A DNA stretch of 45,434 nucleotides from Bacteroidaceae bacterium (GTDB lineage: Bacteria; Bacillota; Clostridia; Peptostreptococcales; Anaerovoracaceae), in the NCBI GenBank assembly GCA_963658905.1, contig CAVKSD010000001.1:1-45434 (forward strand), written 5' to 3'. The notes below the pieces were generated by a model, which made no database searches, was not told the origin of the DNA, and saw nothing but the letters and a program-made list of their open reading frames with translations. The position numbers and the translations under genes were made by a program. Below are positions 28,570 through 38,556 of the stretch, one piece after another (position 1 is the first letter of the stretch; every line of letters starts with the position of its first letter).

Positions 28570-31047
28570 ATGAACGAAAGATATGATTTTACGCAAATAG
28601 AAGAAAAATGGCAAAAATATTGGGAAGAAAAGCAGCTCTTTAAGACTACCGAGGACGAGAGCAAGGAAAAATACTACGTGCTGGAAATGTTCCCTTATCC
28701 GTCGGGAAAGCTCCACATGGGTCATGTGAGAAACTACTCTATCGGCGACGTGGTGGCAAGATTCAAGAAAATGGACGGCTACAACGTGCTTCATCCCATG
28801 GGCTTTGACTCATTCGGACTTCCTGCCGAAAATGCGGCAATCAAGCATGGCACACATCCGAGCATATGGACATGGGACAATATTCACGAGATGGAAGCTC
28901 AGCTCAGGCAGCTTGGCCTAAGCTACGATTGGGATAGAGAAGTCGCAACCTGCCACGAAGATTACTATAAGTGGATGCAGTGGATTTTTATTCAGTTCTA
29001 CAAGAAGGGACTGGCTTACAAGAAAGAAAATCCCGTAAACTGGTGTCCGAGCTGCCAGACGGTGCTTGCCAACGAGCAGGTTGTAGAGGGCGCCTGCGAA
29101 AGATGCAAGACTCCGGTCACAAAGAAGAACCTCTCCCAGTGGTACCTGAAAATCACCGATTATGCAGACAGACTGCTTGAGAACCTCGACAACGGAAAGC
29201 TTGACGGCTGGCCAAACAAGGTTAAGGTAATGCAAAAAAACTGGATCGGTCGTTCCTATGGCTGCGAAGTGGACTTTGAGATGAAGGATTCCGACGAGAA
29301 ACTGACGGTCTTCACAACCAGAGTTGACACGATTTATGGAACTACGTTCATGGTTCTGGCACCGGAATATCCGACGGTTCTTGAAAATGTCAAGGGCACG
29401 GAATACGAGCAGCCGGTTCTTGAATATATTGACAAAGTAAAACACATGAACGAGATTGAGAGGACTTCGACCTCAAACGAAAAGACGGGCGTATTTATCG
29501 GAAAGTATGCCATCAATCCGTTCACACACAAAGAAATGCCTATTTATATCGCAGACTATGTTTTGATGGGCTACGGAACCGGCGCCGTAATGGGCGTACC
29601 GGCTCACGACCAGAGAGACTTCGACTTTGCGACTAAATTTGGTATAGATATTATCCCCGTTGTTGACCCGCAGGACCCTGAGGTTGATGTGAACAGCCTT
29701 ACTCAGGCGTGCGCTGCTTCCGGAATTATGATCAACTCCGGCGAAATCACCGGAATGAAATCCTCGGATGCAATTCCATACATGATTGACAAGGCAGAAA
29801 GAGAAGGACTCGGACACAGAAAGGTCAACTACAAGCTCAGAGACTGGCTGATTTCCCGCCAGAGATATTGGGGCTGCCCGATTCCGATGATCTATTGCAA
29901 AGAATGCGGCTGGGTACCGGAAAAAGAAGAAAATCTTCCTGTAAAACTCCCGACAGATGTTGAATTTACAGGAAAAGGGGAGTCGCCTATCGCAACCTCA
30001 AAGACATTCAAGGATTGCACTTGCCCAAGATGCGGAAAGAAAGCCACTAGGGAAGTCGATACAATGGATACATTTCTTGATTCCTCATGGTATTTCCTGA
30101 GATACTGCGATCCGAAGAATACAGAAAAAGCATTTGATTCCCAGAAGGTCAACTACTGGATGAACGTAGACCAGTATATCGGCGGAGTAGAACACGCGAT
30201 TTTGCACCTGCTGTACTCCCGTTTCTTCCAGATGGCGCTCCATGACCTTGGGCTCGTGGACTGCGAGGAACCGTTCAAAAACCTCCTGACTCAGGGCATG
30301 GTAAACAAGGACGGAAAGAAGATGAGCAAGTCCCTCGGAAACGTAGTAAGCCCGGAGGAAATCATCAAAAAATACGGTGCAGACACCGCAAGACTTTTCA
30401 TACTCTTTGCTGCGCCGCCGGAAAAAGAGCTTGACTGGTCAGATGCCGGAGTAGAGGGAAGCTACCGTTTCCTTGCCAGAGTATGGAGACTCGTATATGA
30501 ATATACGAAGAAATATCAATGCGAAATTGCGCCTTTCGAGGCAAAAACGGCGGCGGACAAGTCGCTGAACTATATGCTCAATGCGGCAATCAAGAAAGTA
30601 AGCGAGGACGTAGGCGGCAGATTCAGCTTCAATACCGCAATCAGCTCCATCATGGAACTTGTCAACGAAATGTATAAATATAAAGAGCAGGCTGAATTTA
30701 ACGGAAGCCTTTACGCAAAGGCTATCAGGGAACTTATACTGATACTTTCACCGTTCACACCGCATATTTGCGAGGAAATGTGGGCAGAAATAGGGGAAAA
30801 AGAGTCAATTTCGACTATGTCATGGCCCAAGTACGACGAAAAGGCTTTGATCAAGGACGAAGTTGAAATTGTTGTGCAAATCAACGGTAAGGTAAAGGAA
30901 AAATTGAGCCTTGCCAATAATCTTGGAAGAGAGGAGTTAGAAAAAGCAGCTTTGGCAAACGAAAAAGTCAAGGTGCTGACAGATGGAAAGACAGTTGTAA
31001 AGGTTATTGCGGTGCCGAACAAACTGATTAACATCGTAATAAAATAA
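28570..31047 (+). CDS. leuS: Leucine--tRNA ligase
   Basis: [52 protein letters not shown]. Confidence 0.98.
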   Translation: MNERYDFTQIEEKWQKYWEEKQLFKTTEDESKEKYYVLEMFPYPSGKLHMGHVRNYSIGDVVARFKKMDGYNVLHPMGFDSFGLPAENAAIKHGTHPSIWTWDNIHEMEAQLRQLGLSYDWDREVATCHEDYYKWMQWIFIQFYKKGLAYKKENPVNWCPSCQTVLANEQVVEGACERCKTPVTKKNLSQWYLKITDYADRLLENLDNGKLDGWPNKVKVMQKNWIGRSYGCEVDFEMKDSDEKLTVFTTRVDTIYGTTFMVLAPEYPTVLENVKGTEYEQPVLEYIDKVKHMNEIERTSTSNEKTGVFIGKYAINPFTHKEMPIYIADYVLMGYGTGAVMGVPAHDQRDFDFATKFGIDIIPVVDPQDPEVDVNSLTQACAASGIMINSGEITGMKSSDAIPYMIDKAEREGLGHRKVNYKLRDWLISRQRYWGCPIPMIYCKECGWVPEKEENLPVKLPTDVEFTGKGESPIATSKTFKDCTCPRCGKKATREVDTMDTFLDSSWYFLRYCDPKNTEKAFDSQKVNYWMNVDQYIGGVEHAILHLLYSRFFQMALHDLGLVDCEEPFKNLLTQGMVNKDGKKMSKSLGNVVSPEEIIKKYGADTARLFILFAAPPEKELDWSDAGVEGSYRFLARVWRLVYEYTKKYQCEIAPFEAKTAADKSLNYMLNAAIKKVSEDVGGRFSFNTAISSIMELVNEMYKYKEQAEFNGSLYAKAIRELILILSPFTPHICEEMWAEIGEKESISTMSWPKYDEKALIKDEVEIVVQINGKVKEKLSLANNLGREELEKAALANEKVKVLTDGKTVVKVIAVPNKLINIVIK

Positions 31048-31060
31048 GGACGAAAAATTT

Positions 31061-32752
31061 ATGAGAAAAAGACAAACGAATAATAATGCGAAAAGGAAGA
31101 GTCCGGAACTAAAGGTTATTCCAATCGGAGGGCTAAATGAGATCGGAAAAAACATGACCCTTTTGGAATGCAACGACCAGATAATGATTATAGACTGCGG
31201 ACTTTCCTTTCCGGACGACGAAATGTACGGAATCGACATTGTCATACCGGATTTTTCCTATTTGATTGCAAACAGGGAAAGAATCACCGGCATGATAATT
31301 ACCCACGGTCACGAAGACCACATCGGCGCGATCCCGTATTTGCTGAAAAACATCGACATTCCCGTATACGGAACAAGGCTGACCCTGGGACTTGTGCAAA
31401 ACAAGCTGAAAGAGCACGGAATCAAGGGAGATCTGAGGACAATATCGGCAGGGGACAAGGTGAAACTTGGATGTTTTGATATCGAAACGATCAGAACCAC
31501 CCACTCCATTGCAGACTCCATTTGCCTTGCAATTACAACCCCTGCGGGAGTAGTTTTCCACTCCGGAGACTTCAAAATCGACTATACACCGATAGACGGT
31601 GAGCCGATAGACTTTTCAAAGCTTGCGGAGCTGGGGAAAAAGGGCGTAACGCTGATGATGTGCGACAGCACAAATGTTACAAGACCGGGATTTACCGCCT
31701 CGGAAAAGGTGGTAGGGCAGACTATCGAAAATATTTTCAGAAACGCAAAGACAAGAATCATCATCGCGACTTTCTCATCCAACGTGCATAGGGTGCAGAA
31801 GATTATCGAAAACGCGGTGAAATTCGGTCGCAAGGTCGCGGTATCCGGAAGGAGCATGGAAAATGTTGTTGCCCTTGCCATTGAACTTGGGTATCTTGAC
31901 ATTCCGCCGGGAACCCTCGTCGACCTGAAAATGACGAAGAATATACCCGACGACAAGCTCGTTATCATAACCACGGGAAGCCAGGGAGAGCCGATGTCGG
32001 CTCTTTCAAGAATCGCTTCGGGGGAACACAAGGCCGTAAAACTCAAAAAAGGCGATACGGTGATCCTTTCCTCCACGCCGATTCCGGGCAACGAAAAGAC
32101 GGTTTCTAACGTAGTAAACAAGCTCTTCGAGAAGGGCGCGGAGGTAATTTACTCCGATATCGCAGACATTCACGTTTCGGGACACGCCTGCCAGGAGGAA
32201 CTTAAGCTGATTCACTCCCTGATAAAGCCAAAGTTCTTTATGCCGGTACACGGCGAATACAGACATCTCATCGCCCACGCAAGGCTAGCGGAAAACTTGG
32301 GAATGAAGAAAGAAAACATCTTCGTTTTGGAGAACGGCGATATCCTCAATGTAAACAAGAGGAGAGCCAAGAGAGAGCAGGACATGGTGGAAGCCGACGC
32401 AATTCTCGTAGACGGACTTGGGGTAGGCGACGTAGGAAATATCGTTTTGCGGGACAGAAAACTTTTGTCCGAGTCTGGGCTTATCATTGTAGTTGCAGCC
32501 ATAGAAAAGGAAAGCCACACGGTGGTTTCGGGGCCTGAGATAATTTCAAGAGGCTTTGTATATGTGAGAGAAAACGAGCATCTTATGGAAGAATCCAGAA
32601 AGGTCGCCATGGAAGCTCTCAGCAAATGTAGCAAAAAGAAGATGAAGGATTGGAACGCATTGAAATCGCAGGTTAGAGACGCCCTCAGTTCGTACATCTA
32701 CGAGACTACAAAGAGAAGTCCGATAATTCTGCCGATTTTCCTGGAAGTTTAG
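31061..32752 (+). CDS. rnj: Ribonuclease J
   Basis: GGLNEIGKN, THGHEDHIGA, HSIAD, TGSQGEP, HVSGHA, PVHGE. Confidence 0.96.
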   Translation: MRKRQTNNNAKRKSPELKVIPIGGLNEIGKNMTLLECNDQIMIIDCGLSFPDDEMYGIDIVIPDFSYLIANRERITGMIITHGHEDHIGAIPYLLKNIDIPVYGTRLTLGLVQNKLKEHGIKGDLRTISAGDKVKLGCFDIETIRTTHSIADSICLAITTPAGVVFHSGDFKIDYTPIDGEPIDFSKLAELGKKGVTLMMCDSTNVTRPGFTASEKVVGQTIENIFRNAKTRIIIATFSSNVHRVQKIIENAVKFGRKVAVSGRSMENVVALAIELGYLDIPPGTLVDLKMTKNIPDDKLVIITTGSQGEPMSALSRIASGEHKAVKLKKGDTVILSSTPIPGNEKTVSNVVNKLFEKGAEVIYSDIADIHVSGHACQEELKLIHSLIKPKFFMPVHGEYRHLIAHARLAENLGMKKENIFVLENGDILNVNKRRAKREQDMVEADAILVDGLGVGDVGNIVLRDRKLLSESGLIIVVAAIEKESHTVVSGPEIISRGFVYVRENEHLMEESRKVAMEALSKCSKKKMKDWNALKSQVRDALSSYIYETTKRSPIILPIFLEV

Positions 32753-32765
32753 TGGGAGGTAAGAT

Positions 32766-33107
32766 ATGAACGTATACGATCAAGCACACGGTCTTGCGCA
32801 GGCTATCAAGGCGTCGGAGGAGTTTAAACAGTATGACGCAGTGAAAAAACAGGTTGACGCAAACGAAGAATTATCCAAGATGATAAAGGATTTTCAGGCT
32901 AAGCAGCTGGAACTCCAGACCAAGCAGATGATGGGAGAAACCCCGGCGCCGGAGGACATGAACGTTATCCAGCAGCTCTATGCGATAATGGCAAAAGACC
33001 CGATCGCGGCACAGTATATGGAAGCCGAAATGAGATTTTCCCTTATGATGAAAGATGTTTACGAGATCATAGGCGACGCCATCGGCATCGGAAGTATTCT
33101 CGGATAG
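32766..33107 (+). CDS. YlbF/YmcA-family (Com_YlbF) protein
   Basis: MNVYDQAHGLAQAIKASEEF...YMEAEMRFSLMMKDVY; GGAGG RBS. Confidence 0.8.
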   Translation: MNVYDQAHGLAQAIKASEEFKQYDAVKKQVDANEELSKMIKDFQAKQLELQTKQMMGETPAPEDMNVIQQLYAIMAKDPIAAQYMEAEMRFSLMMKDVYEIIGDAIGIGSILG

Positions 33108-33150
33108 CGACGGTATTATCTGATAATAGTAGTATTATCGGACAATGGGT
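33094..33150. repeat. Three degenerate 19-bp tandem repeats
   Basis: GTATTCTCGGATAGCGACG / GTATTATCTGATAATAGTA / GTATTATCGGACAATGGGT starting at 33094, 33113 and 33132. Confidence 0.75.
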
Positions 33151-33152
33151 AC

Positions 33153-33181
33153 TTGGCAACTTGCAGAATATTTGATATAAT
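33153..33181 (+). promoter_or_regulatory. Sigma-A promoter of efp
   Basis: TTGGCA-17 nt-TATAAT with TG extension. Confidence 0.65.
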
Positions 33182-33258
33182 TAAAGATATGTTAAAAAGA
33201 GTCGAAAAAGCTCTAAAATATAAAAGCACGAATTAAAAAAGATTGGAGAGATAAAAAA

Positions 33259-33819
33259 ATGATTTATGCTAGCGATTTCAGAAAAGGCAGAACATTCCAG
33301 ATTAACGGTGAGCCGCATGTTGTACTCGATTTCTTACATGTAAAACCGGGCAAAGGCGCGGCTTTCGTAAGAACGAAGTACAGAAACATCATCACAGGAG
33401 CCACCAGAGAAGAAGCTTTCAACCCGGACGACAAGTTCGAGGAAGCAATCATCGAAACAAAGAAAATGCAATATCTCTATGACATGGATGATCTGTATTA
33501 TTTCATGGACCCAGAGACTTATGAGCAGATTCCTCTCGGAAAAGACCAGGTTGAAGAAGCGATCAAGTTCATGCGACCAAACGACGAAGCAACAGTTAAG
33601 TTCTTCCAGGGTAACGCTTTCCTCGTAGAAGCTCCGAACTTTGTTGACCTTGAAGTAATCGAAACAGAACCTGGCGTAAAGGGCAACACAGCAACCAACG
33701 TTACAAAGGCTGCAACAGTTGAAACAGGCGCGGTTGTTCAGGTTCCTATCTTCATTGAAACGGGAGAAAAGATCCAGATCGACACAAGAACAGGAGAATA
33801 CCTTGGCAGATCCAAGTAA
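33259..33819 (+). CDS. efp: Elongation factor P
   Basis: [45 protein letters not shown]. Confidence 0.97.
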   Translation: MIYASDFRKGRTFQINGEPHVVLDFLHVKPGKGAAFVRTKYRNIITGATREEAFNPDDKFEEAIIETKKMQYLYDMDDLYYFMDPETYEQIPLGKDQVEEAIKFMRPNDEATVKFFQGNAFLVEAPNFVDLEVIETEPGVKGNTATNVTKAATVETGAVVQVPIFIETGEKIQIDTRTGEYLGRSK

Positions 33820-33838
33820 AAGCTAAGGCAAAATTTAT

Positions 33839-33946
33839 TCGTTACACGAGCAAACTCTCGGCGCTGAAGGCTTGATAAGCGCTCCGCGAGGTTATATCCA
33901 GGCGAAGTCAGCTTGCAGCCTATGCGCGAAGAGGGCTCGGTAATGA
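33839..33946. other. Long irregular intergenic hairpin of unknown class
   Basis: Nested pairings TCGTTAC/GTAATGA, CGAGC/GCTCG, CTCT/AGAG, GCGC/GCGC, AGGCT/AGCCT, AAGC/GCTT, CGC/GCG and GG/CC around a TTATAT loop. Confidence 0.6.
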
Positions 33947-33991
33947 TTATTTTGGACACGAAAAGCTAATTTGATTACAAAGGAAACGGAT

Positions 33992-35101
33992 TTGAAGAAA
34001 AAATTACTTATAGTTACAGCAGCAATACTTGTTATCGCAGTAGCGGTGATTGGAATTTCGTTTACGGGCATGGGGAAGCCCCTAGACGAAACGGAGCAGA
34101 CGATGGTCAGCATTGAGATTCCGACAGGCTCCACCGCAGACAGCATCGCGATGATGCTAGAAGAAAATAATATTATCGACAAAGCATCTGAATTTAGCCT
34201 TTGGTCGAAGATGAAGGGCTATGACAGCCAGTTCAAGGCAGGGACATACGCGCTTTCTGCAGCCATGGATTTTGAGACGATTGCCGACATTTTGGTAGGC
34301 GGCAAGGTCAGCATGGCGGTATTTACTGTGCCTGAGGGTCTAACTATAGAACAGACCATAGAAAAGCTCGTATCTCAAGGTATGGGCACAAAAGAAAATT
34401 TCGAGAACGAAGTAAAAGACAAAAAATGGTTCGACAAATACGAATTCCTAAGATATGCCTCATATGAGGACGCAATGCGCGAAAGCCTTGCTGACAACTA
34501 TTTAGAGGGCTATCTCATGCCGAATACATACTATGTGGCAGAGGGGGCTTCCGAGGAGGAAGTCATAGACGTAATGCTCAGCCAGTTCAACAAAGACGTA
34601 TTTGAGGGCATTTTCAAGGAGTTCTTAGAGGTGTATGACAGCACAACACTGAAAAACTATGGCGACTATCTCAATACCGAAGCCGGTTTTCAGCTAAGAG
34701 ACGTCATAAAATACGCATCGATAATCGAGAGAGAAACAGTTTTGGACGAGGAAAGACCCCTTGTTTCGGCAGTTATTTATAACAGACTGGAAAAAGGGAT
34801 GAAACTCCAGATGTGTTCAACTGTTCAATATATACTTGGATATCAAAAGGATAATCTAACCTATGCGGACATTTCCATTGATAACCCATACAATACATAT
34901 TTATATGAAAGCATTCCGGGGCCGATCTGTTCTCCGGGACTTGCCTCAATCAAAGCCGCATTTTATCCGGAGGACGCGGACTATCTGTACTTCGTGGTAA
35001 GCGAAAAGCTGGACGGAAGCATGAACTTCTCATCGGATGCCGCTCAGTTCGAGAGGGACAAGGCTGCATACAGCAAAGCCTACAGCGAGGCGCACAGTTA
35101 A
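33992..35101 (+). CDS. mltG: Endolytic transglycosylase MltG
   Basis: N-terminal TM segment, KAGTY, TVPEG, LEGYLMPNTY, ASIIERE, VIYNRL..GMKLQ, PYNTY..PGPICSPG; TTG 33992 has an AAGGA RBS (ORF track start 33971). Confidence 0.92.
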   Translation: MKKKLLIVTAAILVIAVAVIGISFTGMGKPLDETEQTMVSIEIPTGSTADSIAMMLEENNIIDKASEFSLWSKMKGYDSQFKAGTYALSAAMDFETIADILVGGKVSMAVFTVPEGLTIEQTIEKLVSQGMGTKENFENEVKDKKWFDKYEFLRYASYEDAMRESLADNYLEGYLMPNTYYVAEGASEEEVIDVMLSQFNKDVFEGIFKEFLEVYDSTTLKNYGDYLNTEAGFQLRDVIKYASIIERETVLDEERPLVSAVIYNRLEKGMKLQMCSTVQYILGYQKDNLTYADISIDNPYNTYLYESIPGPICSPGLASIKAAFYPEDADYLYFVVSEKLDGSMNFSSDAAQFERDKAAYSKAYSEAHS

Positions 35102-35144
35102 GGCGTTGGCTACAGAGTTTTAAACGGGATTTTATGATAGACTT

Positions 35145-35810
35145 ATGATAGAATCGGAAAGAAATATAACAAATGATATTATAACTGATTACATAAACGG
35201 ATTCTACGAGCCGCTGACAGCGGACCTCGCAAGGCTAAGGCGCGATGCCGAGGCTGAGGAGGTTCCCATTATACTCAAGGAAACCGAAAGCTTCCTTGCA
35301 ACTTTTCTTGGAATAACAAAGCCGAAGCGGATTCTCGAAATCGGATGCGCGGTGGGATATTCTGCGATGTTCTTTGCAGAGCTTACGGGGGCTGCGGTTT
35401 ATACCATAGAGAAAAATCCGGAAGTTGCAGAGATTGCAGCAGAGAATGTGAAAAACCTCGGCTGCTCAGATAAGGTCAAAATTTTCGTAGGCGACGGTGA
35501 AGAAGTTATAAATAAACTTCGGGAAGACGGCGAAGTGCCATTTGACTTTCTTTTTATTGACGCGGCGAAAAGCCACTACAAGCGTTTTTTGGAAAGCGCA
35601 TTGCCCCTTTGCAAGAAAGAAACCGTGATAATATCGGATAATGTCCTGTTTCGGGGGCGGGTTGCAGATGACAGTTACGACCCAAGCGGAAAATATAAGA
35701 CGAATATAAGAAAGATGCGGGAATTTCTTGATTTTATACATCAGGATCCCCGATTTGACAGCAGCGTGATTGCGGTAGGCGACGGACTTGCCATCACAAG
35801 GCTGAAATAG
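35145..35810 (+). CDS. O-methyltransferase (YrrM/TrmR-like)
   Basis: ILEIGCAVGYSA, FDFLFIDAAK, ISDNVLFRG, GDGL; mltG-yrrM-U32 gene order. Confidence 0.88.
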   Translation: MIESERNITNDIITDYINGFYEPLTADLARLRRDAEAEEVPIILKETESFLATFLGITKPKRILEIGCAVGYSAMFFAELTGAAVYTIEKNPEVAEIAAENVKNLGCSDKVKIFVGDGEEVINKLREDGEVPFDFLFIDAAKSHYKRFLESALPLCKKETVIISDNVLFRGRVADDSYDPSGKYKTNIRKMREFLDFIHQDPRFDSSVIAVGDGLAITRLK

Positions 35811-35834
35811 AAATAGACTAATAGACAGAATTTT

Positions 35835-37076
35835 ATGAAAAAACCAGAATTGCTTGCTCCTGCGGGAGATTTGGAAAAATTGAAGATTGCAGTCCTATAC
35901 GGGGCAGATGCCGTATATTTCGGGGGCGAGTGCTTTTCCCTCAGAGCCGGTGCAGGAAACCTCAGCTTCGAAGAAATGGCAGAGGGCATTGAATTTGCCC
36001 ACGCGCGTGGCGCAAAATGCTACCTTACCATAAATATTTTCGCCCACAACAGGGATATACAGCCCCTCAGAGAGTATCTTGCAAAGATAAGAGAGCTTCG
36101 AGTCGATGCTTTTATCGTAAGCGATCCGGGTATAATTGTGCTGATACAGGAGATTATTCCGGGGGCGGAGATACATCTTAGCACTCAGGCAAATATGACC
36201 AATTACCAGACGGCAAATTTCTGGTATAATATCGGTGTACGCCGCATCGTCCTTGCAAGAGAGCTTAGCTTCGGAGAAATTGCCCAGATCAGGCAAAATA
36301 CACCCAAAGACCTGGAATATGAGGCTTTCGTTCACGGAGCGATGTGCATTTCCTATTCCGGAAGGTGCCTTCTCAGCAACTTTATGATAGAAAGAGATGC
36401 AAACCAGGGAATGTGCGCCCACCCTTGCCGCTGGAAATACGCTTTGGTGGAAGAACAGAGGCCGGGTCAGTATTATCCGATAGAGGAAGATGACAGAGGC
36501 ACATATATACTCAATTCGCGGGATCTTTGCATGATCGAGCATATACCCCAGCTTATAGAATCGGGGCTATCATCTCTAAAAATCGAAGGCAGGATGAAAA
36601 GCATTTTCTATGTGGCGACAATAATTGCGGCATACAGAAAGGCCATCGATGCATATTGCAAGGACCCTGAAAAATACCGGTTCAAGCAGGAATGGATGGA
36701 TGAAATGAAAAAAGTAAGTCACAGGGAATTTACCACGGGCTTTTATTTCAACAATCCTACAAACAAAGACCAGAACTATCGCACCAGCGCATATACCAGG
36801 GACTATATATTCACAGGTCTTGTGAAAGACTATGACCCGGAAACGGGCTTTGCCACGGTGGAACAGAGAAACAAGATGGTTATAGGAGACGAAATCGAAG
36901 TTTTCGGACCGGGACAGGACTATTTTGTGCAGAAACTAAGCCAGATGTACGACGAGGAGGGAAATCCCATCGACTCGGCGCCGCATCCTCAGCAGATTTT
37001 GAAAATAAAGATGACAGAGCCGGTAGGCGAAAATTTTATGCTTCGTAAGAAAAAGGAGAAAACAAATGTCAAATGA
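35835..37076 (+). CDS. U32-family protein (TrhP/YrrO-like tRNA hydroxylation protein)
   Basis: PELLAPAG, YGADAVY, HLSTQAN, LARELS, HGAMCISYSGRCLLS, NQGMCAHPCRW, KIEGRMK. Confidence 0.9.
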   Translation: MKKPELLAPAGDLEKLKIAVLYGADAVYFGGECFSLRAGAGNLSFEEMAEGIEFAHARGAKCYLTINIFAHNRDIQPLREYLAKIRELRVDAFIVSDPGIIVLIQEIIPGAEIHLSTQANMTNYQTANFWYNIGVRRIVLARELSFGEIAQIRQNTPKDLEYEAFVHGAMCISYSGRCLLSNFMIERDANQGMCAHPCRWKYALVEEQRPGQYYPIEEDDRGTYILNSRDLCMIEHIPQLIESGLSSLKIEGRMKSIFYVATIIAAYRKAIDAYCKDPEKYRFKQEWMDEMKKVSHREFTTGFYFNNPTNKDQNYRTSAYTRDYIFTGLVKDYDPETGFATVEQRNKMVIGDEIEVFGPGQDYFVQKLSQMYDEEGNPIDSAPHPQQILKIKMTEPVGENFMLRKKKEKTNVK

Positions 37077-37977
37077 TTTAGGCGGCGGGCCCAGTAGCAA
37101 AGGCAGCAAAGACGGAAATCTAAAAAAATTTTGGAAGAAGGTAACGCGCAGGGAAGATGATTCCCAGCAGCTCGAAGAAGAAGTAATGTCCATGCTTGAG
37201 GCAGGGCAGGAATCCGGAATTCTCAAGGAAGAAGGCAAGAAGATGATCAACTCAATCTTCGCCTTTGATGATAAACTCGCCTATGAGATCATGACCCCGC
37301 GTACCGATGTTTTTGTCATTGATATCGAAGATCCTCCGGAAGAATATCTTAACGACCTTATGACCATGAGATATTCCAGGATACCGGTATGCAAGGGCGA
37401 AACCGACAACATCATCGGCATTTTGCATATAAAAGACTATCTGATTCAGGCATGGGAAAAAGGCTTTGACGGGGTGGATATCGGCTCCATCATCAGAAAG
37501 GCGTATTTTGTGCCGGAAACCAAAAATATAGACTCGCTGCTCTACGAAATGCAGGCCGCAAAACAGCAGATTGCAATTTTGATTGACGAATATGGCGGAT
37601 TCAGCGGAATCGTGACCATGGAAGACATAATCGAGCAGGTTGTGGGGGACATTGACGACGAATACGACGAAGAAGAGGAAATAATAGACAAGGTTGACGA
37701 TAATACTTATCTCGTAGACGGAGACGTAGACCTTGACGATTTGGACGAGGAACTGGGAATAGACCTTGTTTCCGAGACTAGCGAAACCATCGGCGGCTTC
37801 ATCATAGACATACTGGGTGAAATTCCCGACGAAGAAGACGCAGGACGGGTAATAGAATTTGAAAACTACCGCTTCAAGATAATGGCTGTTCAGGACAGAC
37901 GTATCGAGCGTGTAAAAATATATATTTTGCCAAAAGACGCGGAAGAAAAGGACGCTTCCGAGACTGAATCTGTTTAA
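37066..37977 (+). CDS. CBS-pair plus CorC/HlyC domain protein (YbeX-like, no transmembrane domain)
   Basis: IMTPRTD, YSRIPV, FVPETK, DEYGGFSGIVTMEDIIEQVVGDIDDEYD, ETIGGF. Confidence 0.88.
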   Translation: MSNDLGGGPSSKGSKDGNLKKFWKKVTRREDDSQQLEEEVMSMLEAGQESGILKEEGKKMINSIFAFDDKLAYEIMTPRTDVFVIDIEDPPEEYLNDLMTMRYSRIPVCKGETDNIIGILHIKDYLIQAWEKGFDGVDIGSIIRKAYFVPETKNIDSLLYEMQAAKQQIAILIDEYGGFSGIVTMEDIIEQVVGDIDDEYDEEEEIIDKVDDNTYLVDGDVDLDDLDEELGIDLVSETSETIGGFIIDILGEIPDEEDAGRVIEFENYRFKIMAVQDRRIERVKIYILPKDAEEKDASETESV

Positions 37978-38025
37978 ATTATCCTTTTAGGATGTAATAT
38001 ATAATTTAATAAGAGGTGCAAAAAA

Positions 38026-38544
38026 ATGAGTGAAAAAACATGTAATTGCAATTGTGCCGAAAAGAGGAGAGAGCAGTTCAAGGATCTGCAGCCTGTTTTG
38101 GACCAATATGCAAAAGTACCGGGTAGTTTGATTACTATCCTCCAAAAAGCTCAGGATATCTATGGTTATCTGTCAATCGACACTATCAACTATATATCCG
38201 ACGCAACCGGAATCAAGCCGGCGAAGATTTACGGCGTTGCAACATTTTATGCGCAGTTTAGACTTCAGCCTATCGGCAAGTATCTCATCATGCTTTGCCA
38301 GGGTACCGCTTGCCATGTAAACGGCTCGGAAATCATCGAGGAAGCTGTTTGCGAGTATCTCGGAATTAAGGACGGCGAAACTACCGAAGACGGCATTTTC
38401 ACGCTTAACAACGTAGCCTGCCTCGGATGCTGCTCCCTTGCTCCGGTAATGATGGTAAAAAGCGCTGAGGGAGACGAGACTTACGGAAACCTTACAAAGG
38501 ACAAAGTTACCCAGATTCTCGCTGAAATCAGAGAAAGAGCATAG
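38026..38544 (+). CDS. NuoE/HydC-like [2Fe-2S] subunit (StnA-like)
   Basis: LQKAQDIYGYL, GVATFY, CQGTACH, VACLGCCSLAP. Confidence 0.9.
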   Translation: MSEKTCNCNCAEKRREQFKDLQPVLDQYAKVPGSLITILQKAQDIYGYLSIDTINYISDATGIKPAKIYGVATFYAQFRLQPIGKYLIMLCQGTACHVNGSEIIEEAVCEYLGIKDGETTEDGIFTLNNVACLGCCSLAPVMMVKSAEGDETYGNLTKDKVTQILAEIRERA

Positions 38545-38556
38545 GAGGTACATAGT

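Noticed and set aside
33094..33150. Mini CRISPR array
   Set aside because: Repeats are contiguous with no spacers, only 19 bp long, and there are no cas genes
33839..33946. SRP (4.5S) RNA
   Set aside because: Size and rod shape are similar, but the conserved CAGG..GGAA..AGCAG core is absent on both strands
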